DNA of 64,000 bases from Trichormus sp. ATA11-4-KO1. GTDB taxonomy: Bacteria > Cyanobacteriota > Cyanobacteriia > Cyanobacteriales > Nostocaceae. The notes under the pieces were generated by a model, which was given only the letters and a program-made list of their open reading frames with translations, was not told the origin of the DNA and did not search any database. Positions 1-10,054 of this stretch are shown in pieces (the first letter of the stretch is position 1; the number at the start of each line of letters is the position of its first letter). The stretch is taken from the NCBI GenBank assembly GCA_019358915.1, contig JAHHIM010000018.1:20809-84808 (forward strand), in the 5' to 3' direction. The position numbers and the translations under genes were made by a program.

Positions 1-228
1 TCGCACTAACGTTCTCAATCACCACAGATAACCTCGAACTCTCACGCAGAACTTCTCAATGGTTGGGTGCATAGCTTTGTAAATTTTTAGTCTGGTAATC
101 CTGCTCTCATTTACCTTTGCCTATAGGATTACTATTTGATTTTTGAACAACACGTAGGGTGGAATATTATTTTGTTTGATTGGGTTCATTCATTAACTAA
201 GCGAGGATAGATGTGATCGTTCATCCAC

Positions 229-741
229 CTAATGCACTACTTGAATTTCAATTCCCACGCTTAGGCTACCCCATAAACGATCAGTAGTCATAACAGGTTG
301 GTTAAGCAATATACCTAATGCTAGACAAGCGCGATCGCCAAATGAAAGTCCGATTGATTTAAGTAGGTGGGTGGAAAAATTTATCGCTAGGATAAGGCAG
401 AAGGCAGAAGGCAGGAGGCAGAAGGGAAGAGGGTTTTAAGCTGATTCATTTTTCTTTACATAGTTGATTTTATTTGTGCCTACCTACTTAGTAGTTGGAC
501 GCATCATTCCCGCCTTAAATGCTTGTTCTTCATTAAAAGGAACAACCTCAAGATTTAAATTACCAAGAATCTGCCTAATATCTTCTTCAGGAATTCCTGC
601 TTCTGCTAACTTTGCTACGACTTCGGATAAGTTGACAGAACTAATTGCTGCATTGCCAATAAACTGCAAAATTTCTTCGCTACCAGTTTCTTGATTCAGC
701 AAAGCTAAAACAGCAGAGGCATCTACAACAACTTCACTCAC
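229..741 (-). pseudogene. vapC: VapC/PIN-domain toxin gene interrupted by a MITE
   Basis: N-terminal ORF 484-741 starts with the PIN motif VVDASAVLALL. The missing C-terminus (KSIGLSFGDRACLALG...TTDRLW...VVH*) is encoded at 229-361. Removing 362-490 restores one continuous 127-aa frame. Confidence 0.9.
362..488. mobile_element. 127-bp MITE with imperfect terminal inverted repeats and TA target duplication
   Basis: Ends are AGTAGGTGGG... and ...CCTACCTACT, flanked by TA at 360-361 and 489-490. Internal GGCAGAA heptamers. Excision restores the vapC frame. Confidence 0.85.
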
Positions 742-976
742 TCAAAGCCTCCAATCTTCGCTCCTGAATCAATTCTTCAGAAAGTTTTCTATTAGCCGGA
801 ATATATTGCCTGAAAAGAGCCTGAGCATTTTTGACAGAACATTGAACTCGCTCATCAATTGGTTGTTCTTCTAGCACAAGCACAGCATTATATTTACCTA
901 CTGGCATATCTACAGGAGAATTAACTAACAATTTGCCATCGCTTGTTATGGTGACGATTATTTCTAATGTTTTCAT
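734..976 (-). CDS. Putative antitoxin (80 aa) upstream of vapC
   Basis: Small ORF overlapping the vapC start by 8 nt. C-terminus LSEELIQERRLEA is typical of VapB-type partners. Start taken at MKTLEII. Confidence 0.65.
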   Translation of the reverse strand: MKTLEIIVTITSDGKLLVNSPVDMPVGKYNAVLVLEEQPIDERVQCSVKNAQALFRQYIPANRKLSEELIQERRLEALSE

Positions 977-983
977 AGTTAAG

Positions 984-1412
984 TTATCTTTGAATAATTT
1001 TAATGCCAAATAGTAAACGCTCTCTTAATTCCTCCTCTAACATCTCATCAAGAAATTTGTAAAAACTCGATTTTACTCCATATTTTTTTTGATATTTTGA
1101 ATACATTTGTTGAGAAGCTTCTATAGATGTCGCAGAACTAGGAATCAGAGCAGCAGCTTCTTCACGTTCAGATTTTGTTCGCTTCGCTTCAAGCCAAGAA
1201 TCAAATATTAACCATTCATTTGGCTGACCCAGAATATCAAAACAAGTAAGAAGTAAATAGTTAACCAATGCATCATGCTGAATGTAGGGGTGAGTCCATC
1301 CATCATTTTCGTGCTGGATTAAAGAACGATCACGCAGTTGCTCACCTTGCTCAAGAATTCGCTTCGCAAGATTTAGCCTCTCCTGAACTCGGTAATGTCG
1401 AATATCATCCAT
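984..1412 (-). CDS. Hypothetical protein, possibly 3'-truncated
   Basis: 142-aa ORF with an AGAGG RBS. No recognisable motif. Ends 7 nt before the antitoxin start. Confidence 0.5.
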   Translation of the reverse strand: MDDIRHYRVQERLNLAKRILEQGEQLRDRSLIQHENDGWTHPYIQHDALVNYLLLTCFDILGQPNEWLIFDSWLEAKRTKSEREEAAALIPSSATSIEASQQMYSKYQKKYGVKSSFYKFLDEMLEEELRERLLFGIKIIQR

Positions 1413-1546
1413 AGCCTCTTTAGTAGCAATTTAAATATTATACTGAAATTTTCCGTATAACCACCCTGGAAGGAGTGATTATACAGACTTTTTCCATATA
1501 TCCCTTGATGTTATGTTGAGATGTTTTCAGTCATAACTTCTTCCAC

Positions 1547-2827
1547 TTACAAAATGTCCCTTCCTAAGAACGATCGCAACACTTCTGGTATTAAAATTGT
1601 CCCATCTGGTTGCTGATAATTTTCCAAAATTGCTGCCATAGTCCTACCCACAGCCAAACCAGAACCGTTCAAAGTATGAACAAACTGTGTCCCCTTCTTA
1701 CCGGCTTCCTTAAAACGAATATCAGCCCGGCGTGCTTGAAAATCTACACAATTAGAACAACTAGAAATTTCTCGATACTTACCAGAAGATGGTAGCCACA
1801 CCTCTAAATCATAAGTTTTCGTAGATCCAAAACCTAAATCAGCAGTACATAAATTGATGACTCGATAAGGCAACTTTAAAGCCTGTAAAATTGCTTCCGC
1901 ATTCCCCACCAATTTTTCTAATTCCTCAAAAGAAGAACTGGGATGAACAACTTTTACCAACTCAACTTTATTGAATTGATGCAGACGAATTAAACCCCGC
2001 ATATCGCGTCCATAACTTCCCGCTTCTCGACGAAAACAGGGAGTATAAGCACAGTGATAAATTGGTAAATCTTCCGCCGCTAAAATCTCTCCCCGGTAAA
2101 GGTTAGTAACGGGAACTTCTGCTGTGGGTATCAACCACAATTCATCATCAGCACATTTAAAGCTTTCTTCCGCAAATTTCGGTAACTGACCGGTTCCTGT
2201 TAAAGCATCAGTATTCACTAATAAGGGCGGACTAACTTCTACATAGCCGGCTTCAGTTTGCATCTTCAACATAAACTGAATTAATGCCCTTTCTAATGCT
2301 GCACCAGCACCCACGAGAGTCACAAACCGACTTTGGGCAACTTTCACAGCCCGCTCAAAGTTGAGAATACCCAGTTTTTCACCAATTTCCCAATGAGGAA
2401 GAATATTCTGGTTTTGGGGAAGATATTCATCACCCCAGCGCCGTACTTCAACGTTTTCGTCTTCACTTTTACCAATAGGCGTAGAGTCACTGGGTAAGTT
2501 GGGTAATGCTAATACAAGTTGCTCAATTTCTGCTTTCAGGGCTTTTTCTTGCGGTTCCAGTTCACTCAATTGCGCTTTTAAGGAATTCCCCTCGTCCCGC
2601 AAGGCTTGAATTTCTGGAGATTGAGGACTCACACCAGATTTAATTTTTTGCCCAACAATTTTACCAATTTCGTTACTACGAGCTTGCAGTTGACTACGTG
2701 TCCCCTCCAGTTCCCGTTGTTGTTTGTCTAACTGTAATATCGGTTCGAGGTCGTATTTACCACTACGACTGTGCAACCGTTCTTGGATTAATTGGGGATT
2801 TTCCCTTATTTGCTTAATATCCAGCAC
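1547..2827 (-). CDS. serS: Seryl-tRNA synthetase
   Basis: [10 protein letters not shown] start, [48 protein letters not shown] motifs. GTG start assumed. Confidence 0.98.
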   Translation of the reverse strand: MLDIKQIRENPQLIQERLHSRSGKYDLEPILQLDKQQRELEGTRSQLQARSNEIGKIVGQKIKSGVSPQSPEIQALRDEGNSLKAQLSELEPQEKALKAEIEQLVLALPNLPSDSTPIGKSEDENVEVRRWGDEYLPQNQNILPHWEIGEKLGILNFERAVKVAQSRFVTLVGAGAALERALIQFMLKMQTEAGYVEVSPPLLVNTDALTGTGQLPKFAEESFKCADDELWLIPTAEVPVTNLYRGEILAAEDLPIYHCAYTPCFRREAGSYGRDMRGLIRLHQFNKVELVKVVHPSSSFEELEKLVGNAEAILQALKLPYRVINLCTADLGFGSTKTYDLEVWLPSSGKYREISSCSNCVDFQARRADIRFKEAGKKGTQFVHTLNGSGLAVGRTMAAILENYQQPDGTILIPEVLRSFLGRDIL

Positions 2828-2911
2828 AGATTTTTCTTTTGTTTTTTGCCTAGTGTCTTCTTGGTAAAACATCAGCATATACTGATTCTGGCTTGCTATA
2901 GCAGGAGAATT

Positions 2912-3490
2912 TCAAGTTCGGGTAATTCGATTAAGTAGCCAAATGGAGACTACAAGCCCTGCAAAGTGCGCTGAAACGGTGTTGATGTTTGCCTGCACTA
3001 CAAGCATATCTAGACCGCTAATAATCCGGGTAGGGTCAAATAATTGGGTTGTTACAGCCTGGGGGGAAATAGACCTTGCTACCAATGTACCAACGATCGC
3101 TTGTGCTCCTAACAGTGTCACTAGCATTCCCACTAAATTCACCCACATTCCCAGGCGTAATACTTGCAAAGTCTCACTTTTTCGCGGGCGATTACTGGGA
3201 TTTGAGGATTGTAGTTGGTTGCCAATTCTGGTGTAACGGAAAGCTAAATAGATACCCCCACCCAAAATCAGAATTCCACAAACTGCTAAAAACACACCAA
3301 ACCCAGTTCCAGGGTTATTACTAGGACTGCCCTCTCTTTGACTAAATATGGCGAACAGCAGCACAATAATGGCAGAAACAACACCTAAGACTAATTGAAT
3401 CCAGAGGCTAATCCAACCTGTCAGGCGAAAGGTTTGGGCAATTGCTCGAATATTCGAGGAAGATGATGGGGTGTCGGGGTTTTGTGACAT
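2912..3490 (-). CDS. DUF3611 family membrane protein (Tic21-like)
   Basis: GWISLWIQLVLG and LDMLVVQANINTVSAHF motifs, 4 hydrophobic segments. Confidence 0.85.
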   Translation of the reverse strand: MSQNPDTPSSSSNIRAIAQTFRLTGWISLWIQLVLGVVSAIIVLLFAIFSQREGSPSNNPGTGFGVFLAVCGILILGGGIYLAFRYTRIGNQLQSSNPSNRPRKSETLQVLRLGMWVNLVGMLVTLLGAQAIVGTLVARSISPQAVTTQLFDPTRIISGLDMLVVQANINTVSAHFAGLVVSIWLLNRITRT

Positions 3491-4049
3491 ACTGATCACC
3501 AATGTGCTAAGGACTTGTTAAATTTAATATCACACTTACCATCTGGGATATGAGTGTCTCAAGTCCACATAGTCAGTACTAAATGCTGATTTGTTTGTGT
3601 TTACAAGCATATAGGCTTTCATCCCGACATTAACTATGTGGCTGAAGTTTTTATGTTTTGTAAGGGGACAACCACTCTAAAACAAAGTGTTTATTAACTT
3701 TTACAGACAAAACGGCATTTTACCTGTAAAATTTCTTCGATGGCATTTTATGCTTAGGCCGTTCTAACTAGCTCGGCATCACTGGACACCAAGAAAGTGA
3801 CCAAGCCACTGTATTTAATTGCTCCTCTCCACACCACCTAGAGCTTGGGTAGGAACGTAGTATTTTGCGCTCCTAAAACTTGTATATCCGTCCCACGCCT
3901 TTGACCGCATAGGTAATCATTTTAATGTTTACGTTTGGGAAATCCTGCCCAAGTAGCCCTATATACCTACTTATTCTGTAGTAGTACTATATATTGACTA
4001 CAAGGATTATAGATACCACCACCAGGCATTTTTTAGCCATTCACTAACC

Positions 4050-4397
4050 ATGAAACTTGAGGATATATATCAATTCTTTGAAAATCCTCCGCCAACTTAT
4101 CTCTGTCAGGAACTAGCTGTTTGTTACATATTGTATATTTTGTTACAAAATGAATCCTACGGAACTGAGTTGATACAGCGACTGGAAACTGAATATCCAA
4201 CCTATCGGCTTTCGGATACTGTACTTTATAGTGCAATCAAATTTCTCGAAGACCAAAGGGCTATCACTGGGTATTGGAAGAAACTCGAAGGACGAGGACG
4301 CCCTAGGCGGATGTACCAAGTTTCTCCAGAATGGCAAGATCAATCACAAAATTTGGCGCGTCTTTGGCAAGATTACATCAACGAGAGGACAAATTAA
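4050..4397 (+). CDS. pex: PadR-family regulator, circadian period extender Pex
   Basis: SYGTELIQ...YRLSDTVLYSA...GRGRPRRMY winged helix. Confidence 0.9.
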   Translation: MKLEDIYQFFENPPPTYLCQELAVCYILYILLQNESYGTELIQRLETEYPTYRLSDTVLYSAIKFLEDQRAITGYWKKLEGRGRPRRMYQVSPEWQDQSQNLARLWQDYINERTN

Positions 4398-4452
4398 CGA
4401 AATAATTGATCATGAATAAGTCTCCTCCAATCAAAAAAATCACAATTTAGTT

Positions 4453-4986
4453 ATGGATACTGCTATTCTGCCATCTACTTTGCTCCTAACCTTGTTGTTA
4501 TCGGTTGGGCTGTTTTTCTTTATTCGTGCCTCAACCAAAGATCGCACAACAACAGAAAAACTTGTATTTGAGCAAGACGAAGCTGTTTTAATGCCGAAAG
4601 TTAAGGAGTATTTTCGTTCGCGGTCTTATCAAGTGGCAGAGGTAGACCGTGAAAAAAATCAAGTGATTTTTGCAGGTTTTGTGCAACCTAGCTTATTTTT
4701 AGCTGTGTTTTTAACACTGCTAGCATCTGTTGGTATGGCTTGCCTGTCATTAGTTTTATCACTACTTTTTCCTAACTTCGGTACCCTATTTCTTGGATTA
4801 GTACTACTGTCACCTTTGAGCGGTCTGTTTTATTGGAAAAAAGCAGGAAGACTGGAGAAGGTATCGTTCCAAATAGAAGAATTAAAGCAGAATCAACTGA
4901 ACTTCCCAAGTAAAGTTACTGTAACTGCCCATCGAGACGAACTCATGGAGTTAAAGAGGACGCTACAGTTAAAATCTGCTGAATAA
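4453..4986 (+). CDS. ccb1: Cofactor assembly of complex C subunit B (CCB1-like)
   Basis: GLFFFIRASTKDR, FYWKKAGR and AHRDEL motifs. Confidence 0.85.
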   Translation: MDTAILPSTLLLTLLLSVGLFFFIRASTKDRTTTEKLVFEQDEAVLMPKVKEYFRSRSYQVAEVDREKNQVIFAGFVQPSLFLAVFLTLLASVGMACLSLVLSLLFPNFGTLFLGLVLLSPLSGLFYWKKAGRLEKVSFQIEELKQNQLNFPSKVTVTAHRDELMELKRTLQLKSAE

Positions 4987-5047
4987 CTGTAGAAATAAAT
5001 ACTTAAACTAGGCGCTAGGGAGGGTTAATAAATTCCTGCTATGTAAA

Positions 5048-5078
5048 TTTTCCCTACGATGTAATATCGTAGGGAAAA
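5048..5078. terminator. Hairpin between convergent genes, probable terminator
   Basis: TTTTCCCTACGAT-GTAAT-ATCGTAGGGAAAA inverted repeat. Confidence 0.6.
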
Positions 5079-5387
5079 AACTATATCTTTTTATAGAGCC
5101 TCCTTGGTAATCCATTGGGGGAGAGCGCAACTCAACTCTCGCTTTTGGATGCATTTTGCTCTATCCTGAATCCCCTCTGCATCATTTGACTAGAAATCAA
5201 CCCAGACAAACCAGCGTGGCTGGAGAAGTCGTTGATTATCCAATTAAGTCCAATTAACTGGACTAAATATACTGGCAAATCAGTCACAAACTTAAAAAAA
5301 ATGAAAATTTTGCATAAACTGAGCAACTTTGCCAGTTAAATGATCGTCAGGAGCCACATTCAAGACGTTAAGATAACCATTTATGAT

Positions 5388-5705
5388 TTAGCGACTAGCA
5401 ACAGCTAAGGGTTCTGAACCGACGGGAGCCTCTAATACCCGCAGGCTGGGAAACAAGAAATGGTTTTCTTCAACGTATTGAGCACCAAACAAGCCCTTTT
5501 CTGCCCAGAAATAACGGTCTGTGGTGTGTTCATTTCGCTTTACGAGTAGCAACGCTGGTGGGGCAATTCCTTCAGCTTGAATGAATCTTCTCGCTGCTGT
5601 CACAGGTTTTTCTTCGCCGCTTTCGATGCTATATTGAGGCACATGTTCAAGTATGCGCCGTCCTTCTTGGCGACGACGACTTTTCCGCTTACGTCTTCTT
5701 GCCAA
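5388..5705 (-). CDS. DUF3155 conserved cyanobacterial protein
   Basis: (M)ARRRKRKSRRRQEGRRIL...RNEHTTDRYFWAEKGLFGAQY. TTG start after an AGGAGG-like RBS. Confidence 0.85.
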   Translation of the reverse strand: MARRRKRKSRRRQEGRRILEHVPQYSIESGEEKPVTAARRFIQAEGIAPPALLLVKRNEHTTDRYFWAEKGLFGAQYVEENHFLFPSLRVLEAPVGSEPLAVASR

Positions 5706-5989
5706 CCTATTTTCCTCCTCTTTCAAGCTATAGATTGTAGTGATAGCTACAAAATCCGTCGTAATTATATAAGTTCTAGTTCAAAATATCAATAGTTTTT
5801 TAACTTTTGATACAAGAAAAATAATATTTTTGGACGTAGATTAATCATAAAGTGGTGAAGCATATAATCCCCTGGTGCAAACCGTTACTGACTAGATTTA
5901 GTTAAGCTTTATTCAAAAGAGTCAGGAAAAACAAAGCAACTTCCTTTCATCTTCCCTCAAATTCTGTGATCCTGAGCAAAAGCTAAAAA

Positions 5990-7327
5990 ATGTTAATGTC
6001 TGCCAGTTCAGATTTTGTGGCGCTATGCCGAGAGCAAATAGTACTGTTAACCCAAGGGCTAGGAGCATCTTTAAGTGTTGTTTACTTAACACAAGAATTA
6101 GTAGAGGCTTCTACTGGTGAAGCAAAACTAATTCCTGTGGTGGTTTACCCAGAAACAGCAGTATTACAACCAGGGAAAGAGATTGCTGAGGCAACTGTTG
6201 GGAATGTTTTGGTGCTACCGCAGCAACAGGGAAAGTTATTGACAGCAGGGTCGGAATTTCCGATTTCTGCACAGGAGACAGAGACCTCAGATGCTGAACA
6301 ACCCCATTTAAAAGACGAATCTCGGCTCAGTGGACACCAAATTGTCCTGCCTCTCATCCATGAAGGTGTGATGATGGGGTTATTGGTGACAGGTAGGGAA
6401 GACAGGGCATGGAATGAAAAGGAGCAAAGCGAAATTCAAAGCATAGCGCAAACACTAGCGATCGCCTGTATATTAGATCAGCGTCGAGCCTGGTTACAGC
6501 ATCAGCTACATCAACAACAACTTTTGCAAGAACAGCAGCGAGATTTGCTCGATAACTTGTTGCACCAGTTTCGCAATCCTTTAACAGCAATACGAACCTT
6601 TGGCAAACTACTATTAAAACGACTGCGACCAGGTGATCCCAACCGAGAAGTAGGAGCAAATATCGTCCGGGAAAGCGATCGCCTCCAGGAATTGCTGCAA
6701 CAGTTTGACAAAGTAATTGACTGGACAGAGACAGATTTAGCACCACTGTCGTTGTCCGAGAATGAAGTATTTGTAGAAGCAACTGTACAAAAAGAACCAT
6801 CGCCATTTCTCTTATTGCCGGGAACGGGAGAAAACGAAACTGATTGTGATTTGGCTGATTTATTAGCACCTTCATTAGTATCAGCGAAAGCAATAGCGCA
6901 GGAGCGAAATCTCCGACTAAAAACAGAAATTTCTCGGAATTTACCACTAGTACGTGCCAACGTTAAAGCATTACGAGAGGCATTAAGTAATATCATTGAT
7001 AATGCCCTGAAATACACTCCTACAGGCGGCAAAATTGCCATCCAAATGGGACAAAAAAAAGCTAATTTTCTGGGAATTGCTATTAGTAATACTGGTCGGG
7101 GGATTCCACCAGAAGATTTAGCACATTTGGGAGAAAGACATTATCGAGGAGTACAAGCAAAAACTGAAATTCCTGGCACAGGTTTAGGATTAGCGATCGC
7201 TAAACAATTAATAGAACAAATGCAGGGTGAAATTGAAATTTTCAGCCCTGCAATTAACTCAGCTATGACTTCACCCGATGCACCGGGAACTACTTTTATT
7301 ATTTGGTTACCTGTGAAGAGGGAGTAG
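5990..7327 (+). CDS. hik2: GAF-domain sensor histidine kinase (Hik2/CSK-like)
   Basis: ASSDFVALC N-terminus, H-box LLHQFRNPLTA, NIIDNALKYT, GTGLGLAI. Confidence 0.8.
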   Translation: MLMSASSDFVALCREQIVLLTQGLGASLSVVYLTQELVEASTGEAKLIPVVVYPETAVLQPGKEIAEATVGNVLVLPQQQGKLLTAGSEFPISAQETETSDAEQPHLKDESRLSGHQIVLPLIHEGVMMGLLVTGREDRAWNEKEQSEIQSIAQTLAIACILDQRRAWLQHQLHQQQLLQEQQRDLLDNLLHQFRNPLTAIRTFGKLLLKRLRPGDPNREVGANIVRESDRLQELLQQFDKVIDWTETDLAPLSLSENEVFVEATVQKEPSPFLLLPGTGENETDCDLADLLAPSLVSAKAIAQERNLRLKTEISRNLPLVRANVKALREALSNIIDNALKYTPTGGKIAIQMGQKKANFLGIAISNTGRGIPPEDLAHLGERHYRGVQAKTEIPGTGLGLAIAKQLIEQMQGEIEIFSPAINSAMTSPDAPGTTFIIWLPVKRE

Positions 7328-7405
7328 GGAGATGAGGGAACAAGGGGACAAGGGGACAAGGAGCAAAATTTAATTCTCAATGCCCAATGCCCAATAACTA
7401 AATGA

Positions 7406-8647
7406 CTATCTTAATGAAACCAGCAAATTTTGATTGATGGTCATTTGTAAATCTGTGTCGGGGTCAATGGCGATTAAGTCAACACTGTTTCTACCAAAGA
7501 ATAGACCAATCAAACCACCGATAGCAGCACCACCCAAGACCTCTTCTGTCGCGATCGCGCGATCGCCTGTGACAGCAGCCACAGCAGCAGCAGCTCCTGC
7601 GCCCAATGCAGTATTCCTGATAATTGTACTGGTACTAGTACCTTTTCTGATGGTTTCAGTTTTGGTAATTACTTCAGAAGTAGCGTTAATTTGGTATTCT
7701 TGACCTCCAGTCAAAACCAGTTTTTCAGCCACAAATTGAGAGCCGCCTTGAGCTGGTCTAAGTTGACCCACAACCTGACTACCAGCAGGAATCACTACAG
7801 TTCCTTCTTGGGTAACTACATTTTGGTCTACTGTCAGAGTCAAGGGTGCTGTTTCATCCTTGGTGACCAGAATTTTTTCTGCCTGATCATACTTCACAGG
7901 AATAGCAGTTCCTTGAGGAATGGTCACAGATATAGGTGTAGGCGTAGTAGGTTGAAGAGCTACGATGTAAGGCGAATTAATTGCTGAGGCTTGATTAGAA
8001 CTGACCAACGCCTGATAGATAAAAGCTGCTACTTGTGCCCTTGTGGCTGTTGCGGTGGGATTCAGAAACTGAACGTTAGGATAGTTGACGACAATTTTCT
8101 GTTCTGCGGCTGCGGCGATGGGACTACGGGCATAATCAGCAATATTAAAGCGATCGCTGAAGTATTGCAGAGTAGTTTCGGTGTTAGCTGTTGGTCGGTA
8201 TTCCAAACCGTTGGCTAGAGCAACCAAAACCTGCTGGCGGGGAATATTCTGGTTAGGCTCAAAGCGATTACCGGGATATCCTGATAAGAAACCAATGGTA
8301 TAGGCTTGGCGAATGGCGCTGGAAGCCCAATAGTTACCAGGTACATCAACAAAATTGATTGCTTGACGTTGTGGTGCTTTTTGGAAAGCTTTGTTGACCA
8401 TCGCGGCAAATTGAGCGCGTGTTACTGGCTCTTCCGGACGGAAGCTACCATCAGGAAATCCGGCAATTACACCTCGCTGTGACAATTGTTGAATAAACTG
8501 TGCTGCCCAGTAGTTAGATGAAACATCATAAAAAGTGGTTTGAGCTAAAGATGGTGCAGCTGTAATAAAGGGTGCTACAGTGCCTACTGTGACACTCAAA
8601 GCCATAAGCGCAGCTGTTCCAGATTGCCAACGATTTAAACTAAACAT
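7406..8647 (-). CDS. S-layer homology domain protein
   Basis: Signal peptide, three SLH repeats (GFPDGSFRPEEPVTRAQF; GYPGNRFEPNQNIPRQQ; ATRAQVA), C-terminal glycine-zipper domain. Confidence 0.9.
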   Translation of the reverse strand: MFSLNRWQSGTAALMALSVTVGTVAPFITAAPSLAQTTFYDVSSNYWAAQFIQQLSQRGVIAGFPDGSFRPEEPVTRAQFAAMVNKAFQKAPQRQAINFVDVPGNYWASSAIRQAYTIGFLSGYPGNRFEPNQNIPRQQVLVALANGLEYRPTANTETTLQYFSDRFNIADYARSPIAAAAEQKIVVNYPNVQFLNPTATATRAQVAAFIYQALVSSNQASAINSPYIVALQPTTPTPISVTIPQGTAIPVKYDQAEKILVTKDETAPLTLTVDQNVVTQEGTVVIPAGSQVVGQLRPAQGGSQFVAEKLVLTGGQEYQINATSEVITKTETIRKGTSTSTIIRNTALGAGAAAAVAAVTGDRAIATEEVLGGAAIGGLIGLFFGRNSVDLIAIDPDTDLQMTINQNLLVSLR

Positions 8648-9043
8648 TGCTATTTACTCCAGTACAATTAATTTTTCTTCTGTTAGTTATTCAGACAAGT
8701 TAAGTGATAAAAAGTTCCTAAAATTTCTATTCATAAGTATCTTTTTAACAATGCTAATTGATTTAAAAGTATCGTATTATTACGGTTAACAGTTGATAAT
8801 TAATGAGAGTATTCACAAATTCAAATTTCAGACCCCCAACTTATTCAAAGTTGGGGGTATTTTATTTTCAACAAACTTAGATATTTGCTCAGACGCTACA
8901 TCAATAAAATAGTTGCGGTAATAAAATATTTTTGAATTTTGTTATTTATTAAAGCAGCTAAAAATGAAGCGATCGCTACTGCAACTAGAGTGAGCGATCG
9001 CTAATGGGAGATGATTAAAGTCACGGTTGCAATGAAGTAAGGC

Positions 9044-9730
9044 TTAGTAGCGGTCTATGACTAAGTTAGAGTTGAGTGACAGTCTTAAATCCTGTTCGGG
9101 TCTCAAGACAAATACTTCAGCTTCTTTTTTCCGTAACAGTACACTGGCTAAAGCACCAGCCGCCGCACCGCCTAGAGGCTCTAAAATTTCAATTCTGCGG
9201 TTACCTGTAATTAATGAAATGGCAGTCGCAGCACCAGCACCGATAGCCGCATCTGTTAATACTCTGCTGCTATCATTTTGGCTAATTTTTTCTAGTCTAG
9301 TAACTGTCTGAGATGATGCATTAATTGACTGGCGGCGGCCAGAGGGAAATACTAATTCTCGGGCGACGAACCGCACACCTCTGACATTTTCATTATCTCT
9401 GTTTCTGCCGTTGAAATATACAGGTTCTAGCTGTCCTATAACTTCAGTGTCCCTGGGAATTAAAACAGTTCTTCGACTATCGGTAATGTCGTTGGATATT
9501 TTCAATGTTAGGTCTAGTGTTTCCCCCCGACTAACAACAACTTTCTCCTTTTCGTGTCTCACAGGAAAAGTCACGTTGGCGTTAGCAGGAATTGTCACTG
9601 TTCTTGATTGCCCAATATTATATTGGGCATGAGCAGGAGCAAAGGCAATCATGGGAGCAACGGCACTAGTAGTAATTGCCATTGCCATGAGTGCGGCGGT
9701 GCTAGTTTTCCATTGATGAAGGCTAGTCAT
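9044..9730 (-). CDS. Secreted protein paralogous to the C-terminal domain of the adjacent SLH protein
   Basis: Shares the WxxxTAALMA signal, IPxxxxVxGQLxP and GAGAA..TGxRxI..E.LGGAA with 7406-8647. Confidence 0.8.
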   Translation of the reverse strand: MTSLHQWKTSTAALMAMAITTSAVAPMIAFAPAHAQYNIGQSRTVTIPANANVTFPVRHEKEKVVVSRGETLDLTLKISNDITDSRRTVLIPRDTEVIGQLEPVYFNGRNRDNENVRGVRFVARELVFPSGRRQSINASSQTVTRLEKISQNDSSRVLTDAAIGAGAATAISLITGNRRIEILEPLGGAAAGALASVLLRKKEAEVFVLRPEQDLRLSLNSNLVIDRY

Positions 9731-10054
9731 AAGCTGTTTAAACTTTGTGTCTGTGGTGTATGTTATGACGAGGATTTACGGAGATTGTTTCTGGCTGTTA
9801 TTAAAGCTAAACTAACTCTCTACCCAACTTTTAATTTTTAATTTTTAATTTGACTGAGGCACTAGAAGGGTAATTTTTCTTTGCAGATTGGCAAAATAAT
9901 TTGCCTAATAGGAAAAACTTGGTCATCATATTGTTAATTTTCGTAAAAATACGGACTAAAGTACTAAAATACTGATATTCGCCTAGCTAAACTATCAAAG
10001 AGTGCATCTGTACTGCTATTTAATCCAACACTTAGATGTGGCGCTATAGCCTCA

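Noticed and set aside
1..193. Possible gene start running off the left edge
   Set aside because: The minus-strand frames I translated close within about 25 codons, and no motif was seen.
3500..4049. Long intergenic region before pex as an ncRNA or uORF
   Set aside because: Only tiny ORFs, and no convincing terminator or recognisable RNA motif.
5132..5326. 64-aa ORF between ccb1 and DUF3155
   Set aside because: TTG start, no RBS or motif; probably spurious.
6354..7041. Long antisense ORFs (197 and 176 aa) inside the kinase gene, and similar shadow ORFs elsewhere
   Set aside because: They overlap well-supported genes on the opposite strand and have no protein-like motifs.
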